Below, in pieces: positions 30,848 through 40,186 of a DNA stretch of 64,000 nucleotides (positions within the stretch are counted from its first letter, which is position 1; every line of letters begins with the position of its first letter). Under the pieces are notes generated by a model. That model saw nothing but the letters and a program-made list of their open reading frames with translations. It was not told the DNA's origin and searched no databases. Origin of the DNA: an uncultured Gemmatimonadaceae bacterium (GTDB lineage: Bacteria; Gemmatimonadota; Gemmatimonadetes; Gemmatimonadales; Gemmatimonadaceae); NCBI GenBank assembly GCA_963843845.1, contig CAWJMB010000002.1, positions 1,056,001 to 1,120,000 of the forward strand, given 5' to 3'. A program made the translations under genes and the position numbers.

Positions 30848-33055
30848 TCACGCGTCCTTCAACCCGTTCAACAACGCGTCATTCGAAGCCGTCACGCCGA
30901 TCCGCTTGATCAGCCACTCCATCGCCGCCGGCGACGGCATCTGCTGCAGCCCGCGCCGCAGCATGTACACGGCGTCGAGCTGGTCCGGGCGGAACAGCTT
31001 GTCCTCGCGGCGCGTGCCCGAGGCTGGGATGTCGATCGCCGGATAGATGCGGCGCTCGGCCAGCGAGCGATCGAGCTTGATCTCGCAGTTGCCCGTGCCC
31101 TTGAACTCCTCGAAGATCACGTCGTCCATGCGCGAGCCCGTCTCGACGAGCGCCGTGGCGATGATCGTGAGCGAGCCGCCGCCGTGCGCCGCCGCGACCG
31201 CGCGCGCCGAGCCGAAGAACGCCTTCGGCTTCGCCATCGCCGTGGCGTCGAGACCGCCCGACATCGTGCGGCCGATGCCGCGCTCGATCGTGTTGTACGC
31301 GCGCGCCATGCGCGTGATCGAGTCGAGCACGATGACGACGTCCTTGCCCAGCTCGACGAGGCGGCGCGCGCGCTCCATCACCATCTCGACGACTTCACGG
31401 TGCCGGTCGGCAGGCATGTCGAAGCTCGACGCGACCACCTCGCCGAAGCCCCACGCGACCATGTCGCTGACTTCCTCGGGGCGCTCGTCGACGAGCAGCA
31501 CGAGCAGCGCGGCCTCGGGATGGTTGATCGCGACGCCTTCCATGATCGCCTGCAGCAGCATCGTCTTGCCGGCGCGTGCCGGCGCGACGATGAGCGCGCG
31601 CTGTCCGTAGCCGATCGGCGCGATGAGGTCGATGATGCGGCGCGTGACCTCGGGGCCGGCCTTCAGCCGGCGCGTCTCGAGCGTCAGCTTCCGATCCGGA
31701 TACGTGGCGGTGAGCGCGCCGAACTCCGGCCGTTTCACGGCCGCCGCCGGCTCCGCGTCGTTCACGAGCACGACGTCGACGGCACACATGCGCCCGCGCT
31801 GATCGCGGCCGGCCGTGACCTCGACCTTGTCGCCGGCACGGAGCCCCCACTGCCGCATGAGCGGCTGGGGCACGAACGGATCGGTCGGACCTGGGAGGTA
31901 GCTGTTCGCCGCCTGCCGGATGAACGCCCCGTCGCGGCCGACGCCGAGCCACCCGCTGACTGTCGTGTCGGCCGTCGCGACGACCGGCTGGCGGTCGAGC
32001 GACTGCTGCTGTGCCTGACCCTGTGGCTGATGACCCTGCTGACCGCCCTGCTGCTGGTGCGGCGCGCCCTGACCGTCGCGCTGCCGGTTGCGCTGGCGAT
32101 TGCGGCGCCGCGCGTTTCGGCCCCCTCGCTCGAACTGCTGCCCCGCGCCGCCGCCCGGTCCACCCTGGCGATCGGGTCGGTCGTTGCTCCGGTCGTTGTC
32201 CGGTCGTTTGCGATCGAAGGGGCGATGCGCACTGTCGCCTCGAACGTCCTGACCGGCCGGCCGCTGGTCATACGGCCGCTGGTCCGGACGGCCACCCTGC
32301 TGGAACGGTCCCCCGCCGCCCTGGCGGTTCCGCCCTCGCCGCGGGCCGCGGTCCGGGCGCCCATCGCGGTTGGGCTGGTGCTGATAGCCGCCTTGCTGCG
32401 TACCGCCGCCCTGGTGGGTGCCGTCGGCGCTCGGTGCGCGGTCGAACGATTCGCGCTCCGGCGACGCCCGATCGGGCGACTCGCGCTCTCGCGATTCGCG
32501 CTCTCGCGACTCGCGCTCGGGCGATTCACGAAGGGACTCGTGGGGTACCTCGATGGGATCACGGTCAGCGATCGGCTCGCGCGCCCGATGTCGGTCGGTC
32601 GGCAGCCCGGCCAGATCACTCTCGTCGCCGCCGAAGCTCATCGGCTGCGGCTCCGCGCCCTCGCCGTGCTCGGCACGCTCTGCCCGGTCAGTCCGGGGGC
32701 GGCGCGGGGTGCGCGCGGCACGGGGCGGGCGCTCCGCCGGCGCCGCACTCGCCGAGTCGGCGCTCGCGGACTCGGCGCTCGCAGTCCCCGCGCTCGCAGA
32801 CTCGGCGCTCGCAGACTCGGCGCTCGCGACCTCCGACCGGGGGGCGCGCGGCGTTTTCGCGACGCGTCGGCGCACAGGCGCCGCCGAACTGTCGGCCGAC
32901 TCGGTCGGTGCGGCCGCGGGGGCGGTGGCCGACGGCGTGGACTCGGCGCGGCGCTCCGCGTCGTCCCGGTACGGATTGTCTTCGAGCGGTCCATCGGTCT
33001 GCGCACTGGCAGCCGGACGTCCGCGGCCACGCCGGGTCGGGCGAGGTTCGGTCAT
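30848..33055 (-). CDS. rho: Transcription termination factor Rho with long low-complexity N-terminal extension
   Basis: IDLIAPIGYGQRALIVAPARAGKT, LLVDERPEEV, DVVIVLDSITRMARAYN, TALVETGSRMDDVIFEEFKGTGN, SGTRREDKL. ATG 33055 (MTEPRPT). Confidence 0.93.
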   Translation of the reverse strand: MTEPRPTRRGRGRPAASAQTDGPLEDNPYRDDAERRAESTPSATAPAAAPTESADSSAAPVRRRVAKTPRAPRSEVASAESASAESASAGTASAESASADSASAAPAERPPRAARTPRRPRTDRAERAEHGEGAEPQPMSFGGDESDLAGLPTDRHRAREPIADRDPIEVPHESLRESPERESRERESRERESPDRASPERESFDRAPSADGTHQGGGTQQGGYQHQPNRDGRPDRGPRRGRNRQGGGGPFQQGGRPDQRPYDQRPAGQDVRGDSAHRPFDRKRPDNDRSNDRPDRQGGPGGGAGQQFERGGRNARRRNRQRNRQRDGQGAPHQQQGGQQGHQPQGQAQQQSLDRQPVVATADTTVSGWLGVGRDGAFIRQAANSYLPGPTDPFVPQPLMRQWGLRAGDKVEVTAGRDQRGRMCAVDVVLVNDAEPAAAVKRPEFGALTATYPDRKLTLETRRLKAGPEVTRRIIDLIAPIGYGQRALIVAPARAGKTMLLQAIMEGVAINHPEAALLVLLVDERPEEVSDMVAWGFGEVVASSFDMPADRHREVVEMVMERARRLVELGKDVVIVLDSITRMARAYNTIERGIGRTMSGGLDATAMAKPKAFFGSARAVAAAHGGGSLTIIATALVETGSRMDDVIFEEFKGTGNCEIKLDRSLAERRIYPAIDIPASGTRREDKLFRPDQLDAVYMLRRGLQQMPSPAAMEWLIKRIGVTASNDALLNGLKDA

Positions 33056-33466
33056 GCAACGAGAGGTCGGAGTGGATGGTCCACGCGGCCGAGCCGCCCC
33101 GCGGTGCGCAGGAACGGGAGCAGGCGTAGAGGGGCGGGCGAGTCGCGAGAACGGAGACGCGGAACGCAATGCGGATCGCGCCGAGTCCCGGATCGGAGCG
33201 TCCGGATCGGGAGGAGCGGCGCGAGTGCCTCGGAGTCGCACGGGGCGCAGGCAGAACACGCGAGGACGCGACGGTCCGTCGGTGCTGCGGGGCGGCGGTA
33301 CGCCGGGCGAAGGCGCCAGCGCCAGCCGTGCGATGCGGGCCGCGGACAGCAGCCTGCCGAGTGCGCTACGAGTATGACGCTCGGATCGGCCGCGCGCAAC
33401 CCATGACGCGCGCTCCGCCGTCTGGTCCGCGCGCTGCACCTCCTGGCGACGGTTATCTTCTGGCTC

Positions 33467-34087
33467 ATGCCGATCGACACGCACGCCACCCCGGCCGCCT
33501 CCCGGACCACGCCCCTCAAGGCGCATGTCACCGACGCCGTCGCGCAGTACGAGGCCACACAGAACACGGCCGCGCTGATCGCTCGCCTGCTCACGATCGC
33601 CGAAGGCGCCGACGCCGACGAGCTGATCGACGCCGCCGAGCCGTACCGCGAGATCCCCGAGATCGCCGGTCCGCTCTACGAACACGTCGTCGCGCAGCGT
33701 CCCGACGACGCGCGCGCGCTCGTCACGCTCGCCAACGCGTACTGGCTCACCGGGCGCGGCCCCGACGCGGTCGGCGAGCTCGCGACCCGCGCGATCGGCG
33801 CCGACCCGGCGAATCGCGCTGCCTGGCATCTCTGGGCGCTGACCGAGCCGAACCCGCGCCAGCGCACGCGGCGGTGGGAGCAGGTGACGCGCCGGTTCCC
33901 CGACGACCAGCTCGCGAAGGCGCTGCTCGCCGACAACGCCGCGAGTCTCGCCGGCGCCGAGCACGACGACGAGGCGCTCGTGCTCGCGATCGCGACGTAT
34001 GAATCGCTGCTCGCGTCCGCCGACCAGCCCGAGCAGCGCGCGGCCCTCGAGACGGCGCTCGGCACGCTGAGAGGGTGGAAGCTGTGA
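33467..34087 (+). CDS. TPR-like helical hypothetical protein
   Basis: PDDARALVTLANAYW, RAIGADPANRAAW. GTGA overlap with the next gene. Confidence 0.7.
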   Translation: MPIDTHATPAASRTTPLKAHVTDAVAQYEATQNTAALIARLLTIAEGADADELIDAAEPYREIPEIAGPLYEHVVAQRPDDARALVTLANAYWLTGRGPDAVGELATRAIGADPANRAAWHLWALTEPNPRQRTRRWEQVTRRFPDDQLAKALLADNAASLAGAEHDDEALVLAIATYESLLASADQPEQRAALETALGTLRGWKL

Positions 34088-34440
34088 GCGACGCGTCGAC
34101 CTCACTCGAGGAGTTCCGCCGGTTCCGCGAGCGGATGAACGCCGAGATCCTCGGCGAGAACAACCTCGTCGTCAACCGATTCTTCGCGCTCGACGGCCGC
34201 GCCTACGAAGCCGGTGCGCTCGACGTGCGAACCAAGGAGCTGCTGGGCCTCGTCGCCTCGCTCGTGCTTCGCTGCGACGACTGCGTGACCTACCACCTCG
34301 TTCGCTGCACGGAAGAGGGCATCACCCGCGCCGAGGCGTTCGAGGCGCTGTCGATCGGGCTCATCGTCGGTGGGTCGATCGTGATCCCGCACATGCGGCG
34401 CGCGGTGGATCGACTGACGGAGCTGGAGGAGAAGGCGTGA
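34084..34440 (+). CDS. Carboxymuconolactone decarboxylase/AhpD-like protein
   Basis: GALDVRTKELLGLVASLVLRCDDCVTYH, GGSIVIPH. Confidence 0.88.
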   Translation: MSDASTSLEEFRRFRERMNAEILGENNLVVNRFFALDGRAYEAGALDVRTKELLGLVASLVLRCDDCVTYHLVRCTEEGITRAEAFEALSIGLIVGGSIVIPHMRRAVDRLTELEEKA

Positions 34441-34444
34441 GAGG

Positions 34445-34487
34445 CGGGGATCGGGGAGCGATGTCCGAGATCGACCCCCGACTCCCG
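34445..34487. repeat. Degenerate heptamer palindrome (GGGGATC family) between convergent genes
   Basis: CGGGGATCGGGGAG...CCCCCGACTCCCG; may act as a terminator hairpin. Confidence 0.55.
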
Positions 34488-34491
34488 GCGC

Positions 34492-35574
34492 TCACGGTCT
34501 CGCGACCGTCTCCGGATTTCCGTCCGACACGTAGCGACCGCCCGGGCCTGCCTTGTCGAGGTTCCGGAGCGTCGACTCGAGCGCGTTCTTGAACATGATC
34601 TGCCGGTTCACGCTGTGCGCGTCGAACTTCGGATCGTAGGGACTCTCGTTCGGGTTGCCCGAGACTTCGAGCACCGTGTCGTAGCGATACGCGATCGTCT
34701 TCTTCGACTTCGGATCGGTCCACGACCCGGCCCAGGCGAGCGGGCGGTTCTTCGGCCACATGCCTAACGGCAGCGCGAACGTGCGCACCTTGTAGCCCGG
34801 CACCGCCGAGTCGATCGCCATGTCGCCGCGCGCGATGAACTCCTGGACCTTCTCGCCGGCCCGGTCCAGCCGCGCATGGTAGAGCGTGTGGTTGCACAGC
34901 TCGTAGCCCTGCGCGTTCAGGAACTGCAGCTTCTTGAAGCGCCACTCGGTCTTCTGTCCTTCGATCCCCTTGTCGCCGAAGAACGAACGGCCGGCCTGCG
35001 CGGCAGGGAGCATGCAGAACACGGCCCGCCGCGGCCAATCCTTGTGCGTGTCGGCGAACTGCTCGAGAATGCCGACCGCACTCGTCGGGTCGATGACGAG
35101 CGAGCTTCCCTTCTCGAGGTAGCGGAACTGCGACGCCGAGGCGTCGTCGAACACGAGCACGACCGGTGAGATCCCCTTGGGCAACTGCTGAATCTTCTTG
35201 TCGATGACGTCGACCATGTTCACCGGCCGGTAGCCGGCGCGGTACAGCGCCTCGAGATCCTGCCGCAGTCGCTCCGGCGTGCGCGTGAACTCGTTCGTCT
35301 CCTGCGGGACGATGAGGTGATACTCGAGCACCGGGATGCGACCGAGCTCGTTCGGTGCGCGCGCCTCGGCCGCCCCGACCTCACCTGCGGAGGCGGCCAC
35401 GGTCTCGCCACGCGGCTGGTCGGAGCGGAGCGACGGCTCACTCGTGCCGGCGGCTGCCGCCGCCGTGGTCGTGTCGGCAGGCGCGGCGTCGCGACTGGCG
35501 CAGGCGGTGGCGAGAAGCGCTGCGGCGCAGGCGGCGTAGGGAAGGGCGGAGCGGTTCGACGACAGGAGCGACAT
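34492..35574 (-). CDS. Polysaccharide deacetylase family lipoprotein
   Basis: Lipobox ATAC, PNELGRIPVLEYH, VLVFDDA, ELCNHTLYH, FALPLG. Confidence 0.82.
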   Translation of the reverse strand: MSLLSSNRSALPYAACAAALLATACASRDAAPADTTTAAAAAGTSEPSLRSDQPRGETVAASAGEVGAAEARAPNELGRIPVLEYHLIVPQETNEFTRTPERLRQDLEALYRAGYRPVNMVDVIDKKIQQLPKGISPVVLVFDDASASQFRYLEKGSSLVIDPTSAVGILEQFADTHKDWPRRAVFCMLPAAQAGRSFFGDKGIEGQKTEWRFKKLQFLNAQGYELCNHTLYHARLDRAGEKVQEFIARGDMAIDSAVPGYKVRTFALPLGMWPKNRPLAWAGSWTDPKSKKTIAYRYDTVLEVSGNPNESPYDPKFDAHSVNRQIMFKNALESTLRNLDKAGPGGRYVSDGNPETVARP

Positions 35575-35673
35575 GGTCCAGAACGACGGATACGGAACGC
35601 CGCTCGAGGCGGCGCGGTGCGGGGATGCGCAACGTAACGGACCCGCGTGGCTCGCGCGGCGTACCATGCTGCC

Positions 35674-37857
35674 ATGACGCCTGTCACGACGCGCCTCCGC
35701 GCCCGCGCCGCCCGCTTCCGCGCGCGATTGCACCCCGAGCCGCCGGTGCCGGCCCGCATCTGGATGCGTCGCCAGTGGGGGGGCCTCCTCGCGCTCGGCC
35801 TGCTCGTCGCCGGCGTCGCCGCTGGCGACGCGTGGCTGCTCACCTGCGGCTTCGGCCGATGCCCGACCGCCGCGGACATCCGCGCCTTCCATCCCACGGA
35901 GGGCGGCCGGATCGTCGACCGCAACCGCGCGCCGATGGGCCGCCTGCGCCTCGTGCGCCGGGTGAACGTGCCGCTCGCCGACGTGCCGCTCCACGTGCGG
36001 CAGGCGTTCCTCGCGACCGAGGACCGACGCTTCTACCAGCACCGCGGCGTCGACTGGCACGGCGCCGCCCGCGCCACCCTGTCGAACCTGCGCGCGCTCG
36101 GCGTGCGTGAAGGGTTCAGCACGATCACGATGCAGGTCGTGCGCAACACGTTCGCCGTCGAGCGGCAGGGCGAGCGATCGCTGCAGCGCAAGCTCATCGA
36201 GCTGCGCGTGAGCCGACTCGTCGAGCGTGCGCTCACGAAGGACGAGATTCTCCAGCTCTACCTGAACGTCATCTACCTCGGCGGCGGCGTGTACGGCGTC
36301 GAAGGGGCGAGCCGCGACCTGTTCGGACGCGGGGTGAGCGAGGTGACCATCGCGCAGGGCGCGATGCTCGCCGCGCTGCCGAAAGGGCCGTCGTCGTACA
36401 CTCCGCGCCGCTCGCGCGCCCGCGCCCTGCGCCGCCGCAACCTCGTGCTGGCCCTGATGTCGCGCGAAGGGTACCTCACCGCGGCGCAGACCACCGCCGC
36501 GCAGAGCGCACCGCTCGTCGTCAACAAGGACGGCTGGCGCCCCGACTCGCGCACCGACTCCTACGCGCTCGACCTCGTGCGCGAGCTCGTCGACTCGGTG
36601 CGCGACGCGCGCGACATCGCGTCGAGCGACCTGACGGTGACGACGACGCTCGACCTCCGCGCCCAGCAGGCCGCCGATCGTGCCGTGCGGCGCCGGGCCG
36701 ACGCGATCGCCAGCGTGACCGGCCGCGCCGGCGCACAGGGGGCGATGGTCGCGCTCGACCCGCGCACGGGCGACGTACGCGCGCTCGTCGGCGGCCGCGT
36801 CTACGAGCGCGGCAACTTCAACCGCGCGACCGACGCGCACCGTCAGCCAGGCTCCGCGTTCAAGCCGTTCGTCTACGCCGCGGCGCTCATGAGCGGGATG
36901 ACGCCGGCGAGCGAGGCGCTCGACGAGCCGGTCGAGGTCGCGATCGGCCGCACGGTGTGGCGCCCGCAGAACTACGACGGGGCGTACCTCGGCGAGACGA
37001 CGCTGCGCAACGCGCTCGCCCACTCGGCGAACGCGGCGACGGTTCGCGTCAGCCGCGCGGTCGGGGAGCCGCGCGTCGTCGAGGTCGCACACCGCAACGG
37101 CATCGCGAGCCATCTCGACCCGGTGCCGTCGATCGCGTTGGGCGCCGTCGAAGTCACGCCGCAGGAGCTGGTGACGGCGTACGCGCCCTTCGCGAACGGC
37201 GGCTACCGCGTGACGCCGCGCCTCGTGCAGTCGATCGCGACGTCGGACGGCACGGTGCTCTGGACCGCTGAGCGGGCGGAGCCCGTGCGAGTCATGGACG
37301 CACGCGACGCGTTCCTGTTGACGTCGATGCTCCGCTCGGTCGTCGACGAAGGCACGGGACACGCCGTGCGCGACTACGGCATCCGGGCGCCCGTCGCGGG
37401 CAAGACCGGCACGACCAACAACGGCACCGACGTCTGGTTCGTCGGCTACACGCCGAGCGTCGTCGCGGGCTTCTGGTTCGGCTACGACGAGCCGCGCCCG
37501 TTAGGCGGCGGCGCGAGTGGCGGCCGCCTCGCCGCGCCCGCGTGGGCGGAGTTCTACCAGGCGGGGTGGAAGGAGCAGGAGCGCGAGTGGGTCGCGCCGC
37601 CGGGGCTCGTGCGCCGCACGATCGACGCGGACAACGGGCTGCTCGCCTCCGAGGCCTGTCCCAGAGTGCGCGACGAATGGTTCAAGACCGGCAGCGAGCC
37701 GACCGCGTACTGCCCGCTCGATCACGTCGAGGCGCCGGACGATCCCCGGGCCGATGTGCCGGCGCCGGTGCAGGTCATTCCGCGCGCGATCGAGAAGGCG
37801 GGGAAGGAGGTCGGGAAGGGGATCGGAAAGCTCTTCCGCCGGATCTTCAAGTGGTGA
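35674..37857 (+). CDS. Class A penicillin-binding protein (PBP1A family)
   Basis: Glycosyltransferase motifs EDRRFYQH, GFSTITMQ, RKLIE, YLNVIYLG. Transpeptidase motifs SAFK, SAN, KTG. Confidence 0.93.
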   Translation: MTPVTTRLRARAARFRARLHPEPPVPARIWMRRQWGGLLALGLLVAGVAAGDAWLLTCGFGRCPTAADIRAFHPTEGGRIVDRNRAPMGRLRLVRRVNVPLADVPLHVRQAFLATEDRRFYQHRGVDWHGAARATLSNLRALGVREGFSTITMQVVRNTFAVERQGERSLQRKLIELRVSRLVERALTKDEILQLYLNVIYLGGGVYGVEGASRDLFGRGVSEVTIAQGAMLAALPKGPSSYTPRRSRARALRRRNLVLALMSREGYLTAAQTTAAQSAPLVVNKDGWRPDSRTDSYALDLVRELVDSVRDARDIASSDLTVTTTLDLRAQQAADRAVRRRADAIASVTGRAGAQGAMVALDPRTGDVRALVGGRVYERGNFNRATDAHRQPGSAFKPFVYAAALMSGMTPASEALDEPVEVAIGRTVWRPQNYDGAYLGETTLRNALAHSANAATVRVSRAVGEPRVVEVAHRNGIASHLDPVPSIALGAVEVTPQELVTAYAPFANGGYRVTPRLVQSIATSDGTVLWTAERAEPVRVMDARDAFLLTSMLRSVVDEGTGHAVRDYGIRAPVAGKTGTTNNGTDVWFVGYTPSVVAGFWFGYDEPRPLGGGASGGRLAAPAWAEFYQAGWKEQEREWVAPPGLVRRTIDADNGLLASEACPRVRDEWFKTGSEPTAYCPLDHVEAPDDPRADVPAPVQVIPRAIEKAGKEVGKGIGKLFRRIFKW

Positions 37858-38734
37858 CCGACCCCGTCACGACGTGCACGGCGTCGCGTTGCAGCCGATA
37901 CGCGAGCGGCGCCCGCATCCGGACCAGCTCGCCGTCGACGGAGACGGTGCCCCACGGCCGGCGCAGGGTGATCGTGCACGCGTCGACCAGATAGACGTCG
38001 AGCGCTTCCGTCCGCGTGAGCGTCCGCACGCCGCGCAGGAGCGAGCCGAGCGCGAGCCGCAGCATCGCGGCCGGTGTGTCGGCGCGCACCACGAAGACGT
38101 GGAGCGCGCGCCTGCCGTTCGGCACCCGGTTGCCGAGTCCGGTCTCGCTCCGCTCGAGCGCTCGCTCGCCGACGCCGACGAACACGAGCGGCGCACGGTA
38201 GCTGCGCGCGACGCCGTCCGCGGTCTCGAACGCGACCGTGAAGCCGCGCAGCCCGACCCAGGTGCGGACCGCCGCGAAGACGCTCGCGATGCGATAGCCG
38301 AGCCACGGCTCGAGCCGCTCGCGCGCGCGGACGAACAGCACGTAGAGCCCGACCGAGCTGGTGTTCAGGATCGCCTGCTCGTTCACGTAGCCGAGGTCGA
38401 CGGCGCGGGCGGCGCCGGCCGCGGCGAGTTCGAGCGCCGCGGCCGGATCGTCGCACGGGATGTTCACGTCGTGCGCGAAGTGGTTCAGAGTGCCGCCCGG
38501 AAAGACCGCGATCTCGAGCGCCGAGCCGGCCGCCGCGCCGCAGGCCTGCGCGACCGAGCCGTCGCCGCCGGACACGAGGATGCGCGGCGTGCCACGTTCG
38601 ACTTCGCCGCGTACGGCGTCGGCGAGCGCGGCGGGATCGGTCTCGCGCAGCTCGAAGCGCGCGTCGCCGCCGATCGCAGTCCGGGCGGCGGCGGCGCTTC
38701 CAGAACGTGGGTTGACGAATGCGGGAATCGGCAC
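37847..38734 (-). CDS. Diacylglycerol kinase family (YegS-like) lipid kinase
   Basis: FVNPRSG, VSGGDGSV, PGGTLNHFA, VDLG, VDGE. Confidence 0.88.
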   Translation of the reverse strand: MPIPAFVNPRSGSAAAARTAIGGDARFELRETDPAALADAVRGEVERGTPRILVSGGDGSVAQACGAAAGSALEIAVFPGGTLNHFAHDVNIPCDDPAAALELAAAGAARAVDLGYVNEQAILNTSSVGLYVLFVRARERLEPWLGYRIASVFAAVRTWVGLRGFTVAFETADGVARSYRAPLVFVGVGERALERSETGLGNRVPNGRRALHVFVVRADTPAAMLRLALGSLLRGVRTLTRTEALDVYLVDACTITLRRPWGTVSVDGELVRMRAPLAYRLQRDAVHVVTGSVTT

Positions 38735-38775
38735 GTATGGGCCCTATTCAAGAGCCACGCCGTTATCGTAGCACG

Positions 38776-40137
38776 ATGGCTACGGCTCCCCACGCCACCG
38801 ATCCGCACTACGCCCGCCGCCTCGGCCTGTTCTCCGCGACGATGCTCGTCGTCGGCGGGATCGTCGGGTCGGGCATCTTCCTCAATCCGGCGGTCGTCGC
38901 GCGCCGCACCGGCACCGCGCCGCTCACGTTAGGCACCTGGCTGCTCGGCGCCGTCATCGCGCTCCTCGGCGCGACGATCTTCGCGGAGCTGGGGCGGCGG
39001 CGGCCACAGGTCGGCGGCGGGTACGCGTATCTGCGCGACGCGTTCGGCCCGCTCCCGGCGTTTCTCTACGGATGGGCGCTGCTGCTCGCCATCGCGACCG
39101 GCGCCGTCGCCGCGGTCGCGGTGACGTTCGCCCGCTACAGCGCGCCACTCTTCGGACTCGGCGACCGGGCGCACTCGGCGCTCGCGATCGGCGCCGTCGT
39201 GGCGCTGTCGATCGTGAACGCGCTCGGTGTCGAGATGGGCGCGGCGACGCAGAACGTGTTCACCGTCCTCAAGCTCGCGGCGCTGGGCCTGCTGCTCGTC
39301 GGCGCGTGCTTCATCCCGGCTGGCGCGCTCCCGTCGCTGCCGACGCCGATCGCTGCCGTGCCACTCGATCCACCGGTCGGGATCGCGGCGACGCTGCTCA
39401 CGGTCAGCACCGCGCTCGTACCCGTGCTGTTCTCGTACGGGGGCTTTCAGCAGGCGAACTTCGTCGCCGGCGAGCTGCGCGATCCGGAACGCACGCTGCC
39501 GAAGGCGCTGATCCTCGGCGTGCTCGTCGTCGTCGTCGTCTACCTCGCCACGAACGTGGCGTATCTGCGCGCGTTGGGCGTCGCCGGGCTGGCGGGGAGC
39601 CTCGCGCCGGCGGCGGACACCATGACGCTGGTCGCCGGCGAGCGCGGGCGCCGCCTGATCGCGGCCGGCATCGCGGCGTCGACGTTCGGGTTCCTCAACC
39701 TCGTCATCCTCGTCTCGCCGCGCGTCTATCAGACGATGGCGCGGGACGGGCTGTTCTTCGCGAGCTTCGCGCGGCTGCATCCGCGGCTCCGCACGCCGGT
39801 GACGGCGATCATCTGGCAGGGCGCCGTCGCGGTCGCCCTGATCCTCAGCGGCAGCTACGGCCAGCTGCTCGACTGGGTGACGTTCGCCGACTGGATCTTC
39901 TTCGGCGCGACCGCGCTCACGCTCGTCGTCTTCCGCCGGCGCGACGCGGCGAGCGGCGCGCCCGACGTCGGCTACCGCGCGCCGCTCTACCCGGCGGGTA
40001 TCGCGCTCTTCGTGCTCGCCGCGGCGTACGTCGTCCTCGGCTCGATCGTGTCGAACCCGGGAAACGCGCTGCGCGGAGGGCTGCTCCTGGCGCTGGGCGT
40101 GCCGGTGTTTCTGTACTGGTACCGTCGGCGCGCCTGA
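38776..40137 (+). CDS. APC family amino acid permease
   Basis: VGGIVGSGIF, FAELG, GGGYAYL, FSYGGF, ELRDPERTLPKA; about 12 TM segments. Confidence 0.92.
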   Translation: MATAPHATDPHYARRLGLFSATMLVVGGIVGSGIFLNPAVVARRTGTAPLTLGTWLLGAVIALLGATIFAELGRRRPQVGGGYAYLRDAFGPLPAFLYGWALLLAIATGAVAAVAVTFARYSAPLFGLGDRAHSALAIGAVVALSIVNALGVEMGAATQNVFTVLKLAALGLLLVGACFIPAGALPSLPTPIAAVPLDPPVGIAATLLTVSTALVPVLFSYGGFQQANFVAGELRDPERTLPKALILGVLVVVVVYLATNVAYLRALGVAGLAGSLAPAADTMTLVAGERGRRLIAAGIAASTFGFLNLVILVSPRVYQTMARDGLFFASFARLHPRLRTPVTAIIWQGAVAVALILSGSYGQLLDWVTFADWIFFGATALTLVVFRRRDAASGAPDVGYRAPLYPAGIALFVLAAAYVVLGSIVSNPGNALRGGLLLALGVPVFLYWYRRRA

Positions 40138-40150
40138 CGGGCGCGCCGAC

Positions 40151-40182
40151 GCATGCCCACGGCTGGGCCGTCGGCATGCCGA
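40151..40182. terminator. Hairpin between convergent genes
   Basis: GCATGCCCACGGC-TGG-GCCGTCGGCATGC; no U tract. Confidence 0.45.
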
Positions 40183-40186
40183 CGGG

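Noticed and set aside
30612..31046. ORF 30612..31046 and other small ORFs over the tamB-rho gap
   Set aside because: No RBS, atypical composition, and overlap with rho antisense. The region is better explained as a palindromic element.
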